DNA of 63,847 bases, counting the filler, from Octopus bimaculoides (taxonomy: Eukaryota), in the NCBI RefSeq assembly GCF_001194135.2. It is 4 parts of 4 records of this genome, joined end to end, with 100 filler letters (N's around TTAATTAATTAA, not from the genome) between each part and the next. Parts side by side here need not be neighbours in the genome. Positions count along the whole stretch, not along the records: positions 1 to 30,124 come from NC_068982.1; positions 30,225 to 59,012 come from NC_068987.1; 2 more parts are not named here. One strand, given 5' to 3'. The translations under genes and the position numbers were made by a program. This document shows positions 26,874 to 39,652 of this stretch, in pieces (position 1 is the first letter of the stretch; each line of letters opens with the position of its first letter). The notes beneath the pieces were generated by a model. That model made no database searches and was not told the origin of the DNA. It saw nothing but the letters and a program-made list of their open reading frames with translations.

Positions 26874-27828
26874 ATTATATATACATAGATACTACACTTT
26901 TATATTGTGGTTGGGATACAGATTATTATTTTTTCAATTAATATATTCGAAGCAATTTGTATATCTTAATTAAACTTAATTATTATTTCTATATAGAAAA
27001 CACACATACGCATACATGCGCGCGCACAGCCCCCCACACGCACGCACGCATCCACACACACACACACTCAGACATGTATGTGAGTGTGTGTGTACATGTG
27101 CGCGTGTGTGTCAGTTTGTCTGCGCATGCGTATGTCTGTCTGTGTTTGCGTGTATGGAACTGAATCTTTAACACTTTCATTCTTTCTAGTTCTTCCATAC
27201 CTTCTTTTCTTTCCTTTCCACATCCTCTCTCTCTCTCTCCCTGGCTATCTGCTACCATTTTCCCATCCGCTATGTATCTAGGTCTCTCTATATTCAAATC
27301 TTTCCCTCTCATTTGTTTCCCGTCTATCTTTGCCGTTTCGCTTCATTTTAGTTTCTAGTCACACATTTTCTTATCTCCCTTGCTTATCTCTCATTCCTCT
27401 CCACCCTCTCTCTTTATTAACCCTCTGCTTCTCTGCCTCTTTCTTCTCCACTATTGTTTCTCTCTGTGTATGTGTCTATCACGCTCTTCTTCTCTTCCAC
27501 CTCCTCCACTCTATGTCTTCTTTATTTTCTCTTTAACTCTTCATGTTTCCCTCTGTAGGTTTGTCTCATTTCCGTGTTCATTTTCGTACACATTCCCACC
27601 TCCTCTCTCTGTTTCCAATCACGCTTCTCTCCCTGTATGTATGTATGTATGTATGTATGTATGTATGTATGTAGGTCGGTAGGTAGGTATGTAGGCATGT
27701 GTGCATGTATGCATGTCTGTGTAGATATGTATCTTTAGAAGCATTTATATATATACGTGTATGTGTATACATATGTGCGTGTGTGTACATGTATATGTAT
27801 ATACATACCTACACATTACACATATATT

Positions 27829-27859
<31 letters not shown>

Positions 27860-28299
27860 TTATGTATGTATATATATATAAGTATATATATATATATATA
27901 TATNNNNNNNNNNNNNNNNNNNNNNNNNNNNNNNNNNNNNNNNNNNNNNNNNNNNNNNNNNNNNNNNNNNNNNNNNNNNNNNNNNNNNNNNNNNNNNNNN
28001 NNNNNNNNNNNNNNNNNNNNNNNNNNNNNNNNNNNNNNNNNNNNNNNNNNNNNNNNNNNNNNNNNNNNNNNNNNNNNNNNNNNNNNNNNNNNNNNNNNNN
28101 NNNNNNNNNNNNNNNNNNNNNNNNNNNNNNNNNNNNNNNNNNNNNNNNNNNNNNNNNNNNNNNNNNNNNNNNNNNNNNNNNNNNNNNNNNNNNNNNNNNN
28201 NNNNNNNNNNNNNNNNNNNNNNNNNNNNNNNNNNNNNNNNNNNNNNNNNNNNNNNNNNNNNNNNNNNNNNNNNNNNNNNNNNNNNNNNNNNNNNNNNNN

Positions 28300-28337
<38 letters not shown>

Positions 28338-28986
28338 ATAGGCATGTGTACACATACACACACACACACACACACACATACACACATACATATGTATAGG
28401 CATGTGTATACACAGACATATATGAATACACATATACATTTACACATACACACGCACACACACATATTTGCGTCTATATCTTTGTTTCATCTTCTTTCTC
28501 TATTGTCTATCTCAGCCTGTATATTTCTCTCTGTCTCTCTCTGTCTCTCTCTTTCTCTCTCTCACTCTCCCTTTGTCACTGTATGTTTGTCATCCCTCAT
28601 CTCTTGTCTCTGTTTCTTCTCCTATATCGATCACCTATCTCTCTGTTTCTCTCTCGCTCTCGCTCTCTCTTTGTCTCTCACACAAAACCACCTCCCTCTC
28701 TGAAATCTGTAATTCCTTCTTACATAATGTTATTAACAACTCTCTTTTCCCCTTTGTACTCTCTCTTTCTCACCCTTTCTTCACTCTCTTCACATCTATT
28801 CACATACACATACACATGCATCGACATTTACATATATGCACATAACCTCCTGCATGTTTATACACATAAAGACCTACATGAATACACGCACAATGTCTCT
28901 ATTGCGTGACTACCTCTCTTTACCTGTCACTCACAGCACGGTTGTTTCTTTCTCCGTACTCCTTCTTTCTTCTTGTTCGCCTACTG

Positions 28987-29043
<57 letters not shown>

Positions 29044-30522
29044 ATTGTCACTGTTTAATTTTCACCCTCTTCTCTCTGGGGTTTAATTAATTAAGAAACC
29101 AATATTAATTGGAATTACTTACACAATGCATCTAACACACCCTTACCCGATTCTTCCGCACAAAGACTTCACCATAGAACCTCAATTACTCGACCAACCA
29201 TTCATATTAGATAACAACTACATCTATATCACCTAATTATCTCCCCTGATTAATTTAGCTGACGAAAGCTGTTGCTGGCGATTCACACGCTGCCATCTTG
29301 CTTTGCGTTATTGATTTACTGTATATCATGTGTTACGTAGGTATGTAGCCTCGGGTCTTTAGTACCAGATATTTATTTATTAGAAACGGGTTTAAAGTGA
29401 TATGACAAGCAGATAAACCTTCATACTCAACAAATATTGGACGTTACAATCTTTCATGACCTCTTATGATGACCACAAACCTGTAATAGTACATCATAAC
29501 AACTAAATTTTTTGTACATACCGAGATAATAGCTTTCGTTGTTTGTTGCAGATATACGCACAGCCATCTGATGTACCATCCTTTAGCATCACTGCGCAGA
29601 AAAAATGGAAATTACATTGTGTTTTACATCTTGTAAAATTATTTTTATGTTTCTAATTTGTTTTTTTTAAATTTTTTTTATATCGCACCTTACCTTAATG
29701 TACAGTGTAATACTACAAACTGAATGCATGTTAATACTCGCCCCATAATTTTTCGTGAATTTAATATTCAAATTAACAATGAAAGCCACGATGACCTGAG
29801 TTTGACATTTAAAAAAGACCCTACTTTCTCCCACACTATCCGCTACGTACATACATCTACGAATAAAGATACCCTTCCTCTCGCATGATATACTGTACAC
29901 CTCTCAAATCTAACAACCTACTGCATTAAAATGTGCCTCTCCCAGGAACACAATACTTATCCATTGTCCAGTGACAATATATAAGTAATAGTCAATCTGG
30001 AGGGCTCAGATTAGCACATATAAAACACATATATGTGTCTTTGCATGCATACACATTTAGGCATAAGTCTAAGAAATATGCTTTCGTAGACCAATGAAAT
30101 ATACATACTATATGTATATATATANNNNNNNNNNNNNNNNNNNNNNNNNNNNNNNNNNNNNNNNNNNNTTAATTAATTAANNNNNNNNNNNNNNNNNNNN
30201 NNNNNNNNNNNNNNNNNNNNNNNNCCTCAGATTTATCATTGCATTGTCTCTCTACTACCTCTGTCAAATGAATCACCAAAATTGGCCTTTCATTATTTAT
30301 AATCTGTACCTGTTTGTTTGGTTACGATATAAAATACACAAAACGTGTATTTACTTTATATACATACGAGTTGAAAACTTTCTTCTAGCATTCCATTTAA
30401 TGTCTATGTTCCATGCTGGCATGGATTGGAGAGTTATTAATGTAGAAATATGGTATCGTAGCTACTAACAGTTGAGGGATGCGTAGTCTAGACGGCGTTT
30501 TTAGATTTCATTATTCTCTTTA

Positions 30523-30552
30523 ACCCGGGCAACGCCGGGTATTTCTGCTAGT
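30523..30552 (+). mobile_element. Helitron 3' terminus (non-autonomous)
   Basis: Hairpin acccgg-gcaacg-ccgggt (30523-30540), followed 7 nt later by CTAG (30548-30551) and then T: the canonical Helitron hairpin-CTRR|T signature. Confidence 0.65.
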
Positions 30553-30759
30553 ATCTCTTGTAAACAATTCTCGCTTCTGAAATGGATGCATGAACTTTGA
30601 AGTGTTACTTTGGTATCATGTTTAGCACATCTGTCATGTTCGCAGATGTAGGCTCATGTCTTATGAGCAGCCCTTGACCTTTTATTTTACCATCCAATGG
30701 AGCTTTTAACTCAAAATTCTACACACTATGTTGTTGTTGTTGTTGGCACTGTCGCTTAC

Positions 30760-31112
30760 GATGTCAAGGGTTCCAGTTGATCCGATCAACGGAACAGCCT
30801 GCTCGTGAAATTAACGTGCAAGTGGCTGAGCACTCCACAGACACGTGTACTCTTAATGTAGTTTTCGGGGATATTCCGCATGACAGTGTGACAAGGCTGA
30901 CCCTTTGAATTACAGGAACAACAGAAACAGGAAGTAAGAGTGAGAGAAAGTTGTGGTGAAAGAGTACAGCAGGGTTCGCCACCATCCCCTGCTGGAGCTT
31001 CGTGGAGCTTTAGGTGTTTTCGCTCAATAAACACTCACAACACCCGGTCTGAGAATTGAAACCGCGATCCTATGACAGCAAGTCCGCTGCCCTAACCACT
31101 GGGCCATTGCAC
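30760..31112 (-). mobile_element. Near full-length tRNA-derived octopus SINE (second family)
   Basis: Reverse complement begins gtggaggtgcaatggcccagtggttagggcagcggac...ggatcgcggtttcaattctcag (A and B boxes), then a body with aacgtgcaagtggctgagcactccacagacacgtg. Confidence 0.8.
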
Positions 31113-31734
31113 CTCCACACACACTATGATTTATAGCTTTAACTACTCTAAGTACCATGGTAAACAAATAATTTACTTCATATCTCTTAAAGTTTACAAA
31201 TTCTTATGTAAATGGATAAAGGTGTCAAAAGACATAACATCTTTATTAACAGTCAGTAAAAGCATATTAGATGTTAGTAAAATCTGTGTGCAGAGATGCA
31301 TGAGTAAAACTCATTCAGATGAACCCTATTACGAATCCTTAGACTGTGAACAAAGAAATTGTTACCATGGATACATAACACTTCTTGAGAAGACCAGCAT
31401 TTTATGGAAAGCTTGCACTGCTTCAACTGCAAAGTCTTTCAATGCCATTAATATCGCCAGAATCCATATGGACAACATATGCATAAATTTGAAAAACAAT
31501 ATAACCTTGTATGGTTCAACTTATATAGACAAAGTGGAGGGAAAACAGGTCACAGTTTTTTGCATACGAATTCATAAGCTTCATTTTCATTGGTTGAGCT
31601 CTTGTTTGGCTGAGTACATGCTAGCAACATATATTTTACAGAATAAAATTAAAGAATAAAATATTTTTTTTTTAAATACAAAATTGGACACAAGGTTGTC
31701 CTAAACATCTCGCCATGGTCCATGTTTGACACAC

Positions 31735-32350
31735 TGGTCTAAACTGTGAAACAGTAGCCTCGATACTTCCTCAACTATGGTGAGCAGGGTTCAGTATATT
31801 GTAAGCTAAGTTGAGCAAAGGTCACCTTATGATTTAAGTTTAGTTATGGTCTTGAGAAGCTAAAATCCAAATTATATAGAAGATCTAACTCATAATCTGA
31901 ACTGATTAGCATCCATCTCAGTAAGTCATAAGCTACACTGCAGAGCAGGCCTCAGTAGGTGATTATTCTAACCTGACTGTGCCATAATCTACACTGAGCA
32001 GCAGTTTAACTAGTGTTATTCTAAACTGAAGTGCAAAGATCACTATAAAATCATAAAGTAAATTGAATAGCTAGATAAGATCATAACCTAAGCTTAGCAT
32101 TACCTGCCTCGAGTCATATTGCAAAGTGAACAGAGGCAGCCTTGATAGGTCATAATCGTAACTGAAGAGAACATAACTTAGTAGGTTATAATTTAAAAGC
32201 AGCTCTCAGATGGTCATAATTTAAAATGAGCAGTGACCTATATCAGTCATAATCAATAGTGAGCAGTACCAGCTTAGCCAAGTCATAATTTAAACTGCGC
32301 ATGCAGGCTGCAGGTCAAAATCTAAACTGAGCAAGGATTATCTCAGTAAG
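31735..32350. repeat. Degenerate tandem array, at least 14 units, core GTCATAATCTAAACTGAGCA plus a variable tail
   Basis: Unit starts at 31890, 31926, 31960, 31982, 32014, 32051, 32081, 32114, 32150, 32186, 32214, 32247, 32283 and 32315 (spacing 22-37 bp, mode 36); weaker units upstream to about 31735. Confidence 0.8.
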
Positions 32351-32634
32351 AGAATACTTCAAATTGTAATCTCAAGACTTAATCTCCAAGTTAGAGATAA
32401 CTTGGTATGGGCATACACAAGGTTGGTGAGTAGTTTTTTTTTAACAACCATTTTGTAACTACAACACAGATACTTGAACAATAGCTAGCCAAGATTCTTA
32501 GTACAATATTATCATTTCCAACAGTTAAAAAATTCCATCTTTATCTAGGGGGTCTCTGAACCCTTTTGTTAACAATTGTTTCAGTTAATTTTAGGAAAAT
32601 AACTGTCATTATTAAGCTTGTGCTTGAAAAAAAA

Positions 32635-32854
32635 TTAACCCTCTTGTTGCCAAATTTCTGTTAAAATACATTACCTTTGTTTCATTTAATTTTGAAAATA
32701 ATGAAGAATTAAATAATTGTGGTTATTATGCCAGTGTTTGGAACATGAACTGACATGAAATTTCGACAGGTTTTAATTTAGTTCACTTTAAAACAAGAAG
32801 TTTGTATCATAGACACAAGGGTGGTCCCAGGCATGTTAGTATCAAAAGGATTAA
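32635..32854. mobile_element. TTAA-flanked MITE (piggyBac-like)
   Basis: TTAA|ccctcttgttgcc ... gtatcaaaagga|TTAA imperfect TIRs, AT-rich 220-bp body; a partial copy lies immediately upstream (32550-32630). Confidence 0.65.
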
Positions 32855-34928
32855 TACACAGACCAGGAACACTGATGTTTGTTACCATCAAATATGAAAA
32901 CCTAATAGAAATAATGAAGGAATTAAGTCTACTGCAGACTATGAATTAGGTAATTCAGTGTGACATGGAAGTCAACATGTAATTATATAACATATTCAAT
33001 AATGACAACAGTAACCTTAGTCTTTTCAGGAAGTCTAAATGTAAATGACAAAGAATAATTTCTACATTAGAGAAAAGCTTGTTCTCTGCTCTAACACCAA
33101 ATACAGTAAATTGCTTCATGTAAAATGTACTAACACCACTATCATTACAATCCCCAACACCACTATCATCATCACAACACGAGCCAATGAGTGAACCTCT
33201 TTGTGGATGCACATCCCTGCCATCATGTTTGAAATTAAAAAAAAAAAAGATGTAATCCTAGATACACTATGTCAGTAGAAAAATATGCTTACATTATCAG
33301 TAGCAGCAGCCAAATGGCTATCTGAAGAAGAAAAAGTATTGGCCAACAAGTTTGATTCATCTATGCACAAGGCCAGCTAGTTAATTGAATGGGATGTGTT
33401 TAGTTAGCAACATCAACCCCAATATATTACTGACACTTTATCAACCCTGTATGCAACCTAATGGAATAGGGACTGAAGAAACAAAGAACCATCTGCTTCT
33501 TAACCATCTCTACAAACATGGTTCAGTATGTACATGTATATAAGTGTGTGTGTGTGTGTGTGTGTGTGTAACGTTTTATGTGGAAAAACAAATTAACCCA
33601 GCTAAACAATATGAACAAGAGTTGCAGAGTTTATTTAAATCAACAAGTATGTTCTGGGAGGAAAAAAAAATAGATAAACAACAATAGAAATACATAACAC
33701 CAGAATGTTGTTGTTGTTATACATACACACTCTCTCACACAAATTAGTATCTTTCCATACTTCCCAGTTCCACTCCAGCACAGATGACACTGTGTTAGTA
33801 ATAAACACCAACAATAGTTTTGTAAAACAGGAGAGAGGGGGGGATAGGGAAGGGAGATAAGAAAGAAAGGAAAGAGGGAGAAAGAGAGAAACAGAGTGTG
33901 TGTGAGTTTGTGTTTATGTGAAGTATGAATTACAGTCAAGTGACAAAAACAAAACAAGGACAATCATCATCATCATCATCACAAACACCTATTTAAGATG
34001 ATTAACACAGCTAGTATTAGAGAATCAAACTGATAACTTGATGTGTCAAGAAGGTTCAAGTAAAAAATAAAAATAAAAGCTAAAAACTCAAATTAATTGG
34101 AAAAAGGAGAAGTCCTGGTAACAGGCCAGCCTCGGCTAGAGAGCTAATCTCTATCATGTTTGGAAACTGTACAGATAAGATATAAATAAACTGGCAAGCC
34201 TGGCTGGAAGGTGACAAAAATTAAGTTTTTAGACTTTATAGAGAAAGACATTACAGCCATTAGCTGTTAATAATAATGAATTCTAATGGGCATAAGGCCA
34301 TAAAGTTGGACAAGAGAATAGCTCAGTGTTCTTTATTATGCCACTCTTTCTCTAAAAGATGCACAGGAGGATGATTGTAGGGGGGGGGGGGCTGAAAAGA
34401 AACTACTTGAGATCTGAACTCAAAACATAAAGCAATGTGACTAAATATTGTAAGATTCAGACTTCTTATTTGGTTGATTCTGCAGTCCAACTCCAGCATG
34501 CTAACGATTCTGCCAGCTTGCCACCTTAATAATAATGATGATGTATATAACTATCTATCTATCTATATCTAGCTAGATTTCTAACATAGAAACAAGGCCA
34601 GAAATTTGAAAGGAGGGAACAGTTGAACCCGAAAGGATGAAAAACAATAGTTGACCATGGCAGGATTTGGATGTAGAACATAAAGGGAAATAACAGAATA
34701 CAGCAATACTTTAAATCTGACACTTCAACAACTCTGTGTCCTCACCCCATCCCCATTATCACCAGAGTCTGCCAATAATGGTTTCTAACATTAATAATTA
34801 TAATGACGATTTTGATGATGATACATATGCATGTATGTACTTCAGTTTATTATCACAATAACAAAAAATGAACACAATTAACAAACAATACTTTTATTAG
34901 ACATCCTCAGAGAGAGAAGGAAAGGGGG

Positions 34929-34976
<48 letters not shown>

Positions 34977-36204
34977 GGAAGAAAGACAGAAAAAATGGGA
35001 TGTTGAAGGCAGAGAGGAAAGGACATCAGTCACAAAGAACCAACAGCAAATGTGTGTGTTTGTATGTATGTATAAATATCATATAAGAACTGAACATCGT
35101 AAATAGGGAAGGGGAAAAAATAGTAACAAACGAACTATAAAAAGATTCTACAAAAAAGTCACTAAAAACTGGTCTTGGAAAAGTGAATTAAACAGTTGGT
35201 CCGTTCTCACACACAGATATATACATGCATCCACACAGACAATTGCTCATTCTTGAGAGAAAAAAGCGAGACAAGGCGAATAGAAAATAAAGCAAGATAA
35301 TATTGGTACCTTTAATGTGAACAACTGTTTCGAACAGGGAAGACCTGAGGGTAGCTTGCTGCATACCAACACCCTCAGTACATAAATAAATATTAACGTC
35401 GACAAGGTCACGGAAGCTACAATTTAAAGAAGGTAAGTAACTCCATGCATCACAAGTTTGTTATTTAAGTTATCTCCCCTGCCAGCATTACAACTGGAAA
35501 GAGACAGAAAGAGAACAAGCGGAGTTTGAGTGTAGGTAAGTTTCCAGTAGATAAGGACAAAGCAATAACGATCTTTTACAAACATTAGTATCTTATATGC
35601 TAATGAAGGCACCAAATGAGGTGAGAGGAAGATAGAGAGAAAAAGAGCGTGGGTGTGTATACATGAAAGAGATCATATGCAGGGACTAAGTTATGGAAAA
35701 AAAATCATTATTATAATAATGATGCAGCATCCACTACAAATAATAATAACATTTAACTTAGCACAAGGTCATGCACTTTATTAAGAGGGAAAGAGAATCA
35801 ATCGATTCCGGCAAGATTCTCTCCCACCAAACAATGACATGTTAAGAATTAACCGGGTTGGGATATAAGCTCATAAAAAAGAAATGTAATTGAATACAGC
35901 AAGATATCTTATCAACTGCAAAATTTACTCTGCCGTCCAGAGTAGTTGTAGTAGTAAAAGTAATAATAATTTCATACATAGGCAAAAGGCCTCAAATTTA
36001 GGGAATGGGTATGATTGATAATATCAACCCCCAGTACTTTATTTTATCAAAACTCTGAAAAGAAAGGAAATGTAGAGCAACGGAGGAAAGGAGATTGCTT
36101 AATGTGTATACTGTTTCTCAGTGAGATGAGATGAGCAAATCAAGCTGGAATCAAATCAGTTCAGATGTCTGCTAACTTGTCTTATTCCAAATAATTTTTT
36201 TACT

Positions 36205-36405
36205 CTAGGTACAAGGCCCGAAATTTTGGGGGACGGGCCAGTTGATTAGATCGACCCAATACGTAACTGGTACTTAATTTATAAACCTCAAAAGGTTGAA
36301 AGGCAAAGTCAACCTTGGCGGAATTTGAACTCAGAACGTAGCGAAAGGTAAAATACCGCTAAGCATTTTGTCCAGCATGCTACCGACTGCCAGCTCGCTG
36401 CCTTA
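36205..36405 (-). mobile_element. Full-length SINE (same family as 3075)
   Basis: Reverse complement ggcagcgagctggcagtcggtagcatgctggacaaaatgcttagcggtatttt...gttctgagttcaaattccgccaaggttgactttgcctttc. Confidence 0.85.
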
Positions 36406-37827
36406 TCTTATAATGAAACTCACACCAAGTCAGATTTGCAAAGGAGGTCACACTGAATTCAACTGACTAACTCTAGTACATGGCAAATGTTTATTTTAGT
36501 GACCAACAGAGGGATAAAAAGTACAGTTGACTCTAGCAGGGATTGAACTTAGAACAGAATATAAATATCATTAAGTATTCAGTCTGATGTGATATATTCC
36601 TAACAATATGGCCCCAAAACAAAAACTTGAGCAAGAAGAAATGTTTAAAACTGGTGGGGAAACATAGGGGAAGAAAAGATAAGAAAAAAAAAGGGAGAAA
36701 GAAAGATGAAAAGTAAACAAAGACATTTTTCTAACTAATAGAACCAAACATCTACCAATGTGTGAGGAATATCGATTCTAATCTGGCTTGTCTTACACCA
36801 CTCAGCTGGTAAAAATATCCATTATATCTCCAGGTCTTAGTCTTAGTTCTGACATAACCCTTCGGGCTCAAAAGACCAAAGATTATTCCAGTTTCTGTGG
36901 TGTGTATAAGTGACTAAAAGCACAACATTCCTTCTCGGTGGGATGTCAACCCATTACAAAATGAACCCCTTTGTTCGTCATTTTCAGCTGAGTGAACTGG
37001 AGTATTGCAAAATGAAATGTGTTCCTTCTCAAAAACACAATATACTGCCTAGTCTGCGAATTGAAACCATGACCATACAATCATGAGTCCAATACCCTAT
37101 CCACTAGACCATGTACCTACCTTTCATTTGTAGGGTTTGAGTTTGTCTTTACTTTATGTCTGAGAAAGACAAACACCCTGTGAGTGAGGAACATTAGCTG
37201 CAGAACAGCTCTCCTAACTGCTTTAACATAAATATAAATATGTGGTGTAGAACAATGTTGAAGACATGAGCAACACATTTTGGCTGATGTAGTATAAGCA
37301 GTGATTTGCATCATTGAGTAAAACAGAAGTGTAAGAGACAAAAGTTTGGGTGGAATTTAGTATATATCTTTTGTACATGTGTGGATATGTGTGTAAAAGA
37401 AATGTAAAGACAGAGAACAAAGGTATATAAACACTATAATGGAACACACACACACATACATAGAAACACATTCTTTAGTCTTCACATAAACATACAAAAA
37501 AAAATGCAGAAGGACTGACAGACAAAAAAGTTTGGTAGATAGATGAGTAAAGATAGGAATGTGTGTATGTGTGCATGAATGTATATGTATTTATTATGCA
37601 TATAAACATTTTCCAATATGAATATCAAAGAAAGAAGAAACTCAAAATAGAAACAAAGTGAAGCCACAGTATCAATTAAGTGAATAAACTCTACTATATG
37701 TATTGAGTACTTCACTTTTTTCTCTTAATTGTACATTTAAACATATATACACGTTTACACATGTATATATACACAAATTCATATATATATACACATTCAT
37801 ATATATGTACATGTATATATACATATA

Positions 37828-37872
<45 letters not shown>

Positions 37873-37885
37873 AGANNNNNNNNNN

Positions 37886-37924
<39 letters not shown>

Positions 37925-37926
<2 letters not shown>

Positions 37927-38060
37927 AAAGAGAGAATTTACAAAAAAACAAAAGATGAAGACGGGTGTGTAAACAACAAACAGATGTAATAGTTTAACAT
38001 AAGTGAGAAAGTATTTTACATTTCGAGCCTATGCTCTTCGACAGAAAGGAACACAGAAAT
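37925..38060 (-). mobile_element. Penelope-like-element terminal-repeat remnant containing a minimal hammerhead-like motif
   Basis: The minus strand reads UCCUUU-CUGUCGA-A-GAGC-AUAG-GCUC-GAAA-UGUA-AAAUAC (38050 to 38011), followed by a T-rich body ending at a (TA)n array. Confidence 0.55.
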
Positions 38061-38577
38061 AAACAGGAAGAGAAAATAAAAAAGGTTTAGTAGCTAGAGA
38101 TCTATCATAGCGAATGCCGGACACACACACACACATATATATATGTACATACACATACACGCGTGTGTATGTGTGTGAGATATATAATTTTCACACCAAG
38201 GCAGATAGGAAAAAGGCAGAAGAAAAGGTCAGTAAAATTTATTCAACCAACAATATAACTGCAGTGAAATGCTAAAGTAAAAATAACAGACAACTAAACA
38301 AAACAGAACACAACAAAAAAAAAATTAATAAAAAAAAAACGAAGAGAAATGAACAAAAATTAAGATGGCTGTCAAAAACTAGGAACAAAACTAGAGATCT
38401 TATTGTTGTCCCTGCCTCCCCACCACACAGTGGGAAGTGGTATATAGTGAACTGATGCAGGGAGTGGTGTGGCATACACATCACCCACACACACACACAG
38501 TTACATCATGTTGAGGTTGTTTCACTTCCGCAAACTTCTGAAAATGGTGCTGCTAAAGTGTGTGTGTGTGTGTGAGA

Positions 38578-38634
<57 letters not shown>

Positions 38635-38899
38635 TGTGTGTGTGTGTAATATCATATATTATATTAAATTATATCATAGTATATTATATATAACATAAGT
38701 GGTGTGTGGGTATGTAATCCTATTGCACCAGCAGCTGGAGAAAGGCCAAGGAGAAGTAGCTCCAAACATCATCCACTTAGCACAGCCCCTGAACAAGAAA
38801 TCACACACTTGTCAGGAGAATCCACTGAGCAGCTGAATAAGTAAATAATATGAAAAAAAATTCTCAGACTTGTCATGTGGAATATACAAACATTTCTTG

Positions 38900-39560
38900 A
38901 TATTAGCTATGGGACAGACTGATCTTAGCATAGGGCAGCTCTTGTAGCCAGTGAGCTTTGATGCTATATTGTAGATATTGTTGCATTCAATAAGACCAGA
39001 CTACTTGGAGAGGGGGCCCACACTGAGAGTAGACATCCCAAATATGGAGTTAACCTTGCTGTGAGAGACAGTCAGCTATCCAAACTGACTGAGGCACTGA
39101 TTGGCATCAGTGAGCATCTAATGTTAGTTTGCATTCTCCTTGATGAGAAACAAGGTGATAGTTTACTATGTGTCAATGCAATAGCCTTAATGAAACACTA
39201 AATCAGGCACTGACTAAGATCCCATCACTTACCGTCACACTAATGAACTATTTTAAAGTAAGAGCAGGAACGAATGAACAAACCTGCAATTGGGTGGTCA
39301 AAGACCATGGTGTTGAGACATATCAACCCTTCAACAGTGGAAGACCTCATGCCTTGCTGCTCACTTTGACAGTCTTAGTGTTGGAAGGGGAACTGAAGAC
39401 ATGGAAGAGAAACACACCTAGCACCATCAGGAGATGCAAGAGAAGAGGAATGCATGCAAAGTTACAAGTGCCTCCTCCAAGCAAACATTTACAGGCTCTG
39501 TCTTCAACCAAAGCTACTCAACAAAGATTGAAAATATATTATCATCAAGAGATCCACAAA
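38900..39560 (+). mobile_element. Decayed RTE (BovB-like) apurinic-endonuclease domain
   Basis: RAALVASEL*CYIVDIVAFNKTRLLGEG; YGVNLAVRDSQLSKLTEALIGISEHLM; FKVRAG...VVKDHGV, matching RTALVARELARYNIDIAALSETRL..EG and FNARVG...HGVG of BovB-type RTEs. Confidence 0.7.
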
Positions 39561-39621
39561 TGAAAGAGGAAATGGTCCTCATTGCTTCAATGGGCAACCA
39601 GAAACAAGTAGTGTAAGTGGA

Positions 39622-39652
<31 letters not shown>

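Noticed and set aside
11187-28900. Numerous poly-I/Y/H/T/V/C ORFs in the track
   Set aside because: They are translations of TA, CA, ATT, GAT and TATC microsatellites, often extended artificially through N-gaps.
30125-30224. TTAATTAATTAA flanked by Ns (also 59057-59068 and 61280-61291) as a biological motif
   Set aside because: The identical 44N+12+44N structure occurs three times and carries six-frame stops, so it is an assembly spacer. Adjacency across these points is unproven.
30760-31112. tRNA gene
   Set aside because: The tRNA-like A/B boxes are a SINE head continuing into a repeat body, with no complete cloverleaf. The same holds for the other SINE copies.
31126-31659. 177-aa plus-strand ORF
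   Set aside because: No recognisable domain, no splice context and AT-rich composition; likely a chance ORF.
31735-32350. Calling the degenerate array a CRISPR array
   Set aside because: The context is eukaryotic, there are no cas genes, cores are far too variable, the variable parts are short (2-17 nt) and they partly resemble each other (ctcagtag). It is kept only as an unexplained array.
35295-35440. Plus-strand AAG|GTAAGT donor as evidence of an exon
   Set aside because: The preceding sequence translates to NIGTFNV..., resembling a decayed RTE endonuclease start rather than a host exon, and no acceptor supports it.
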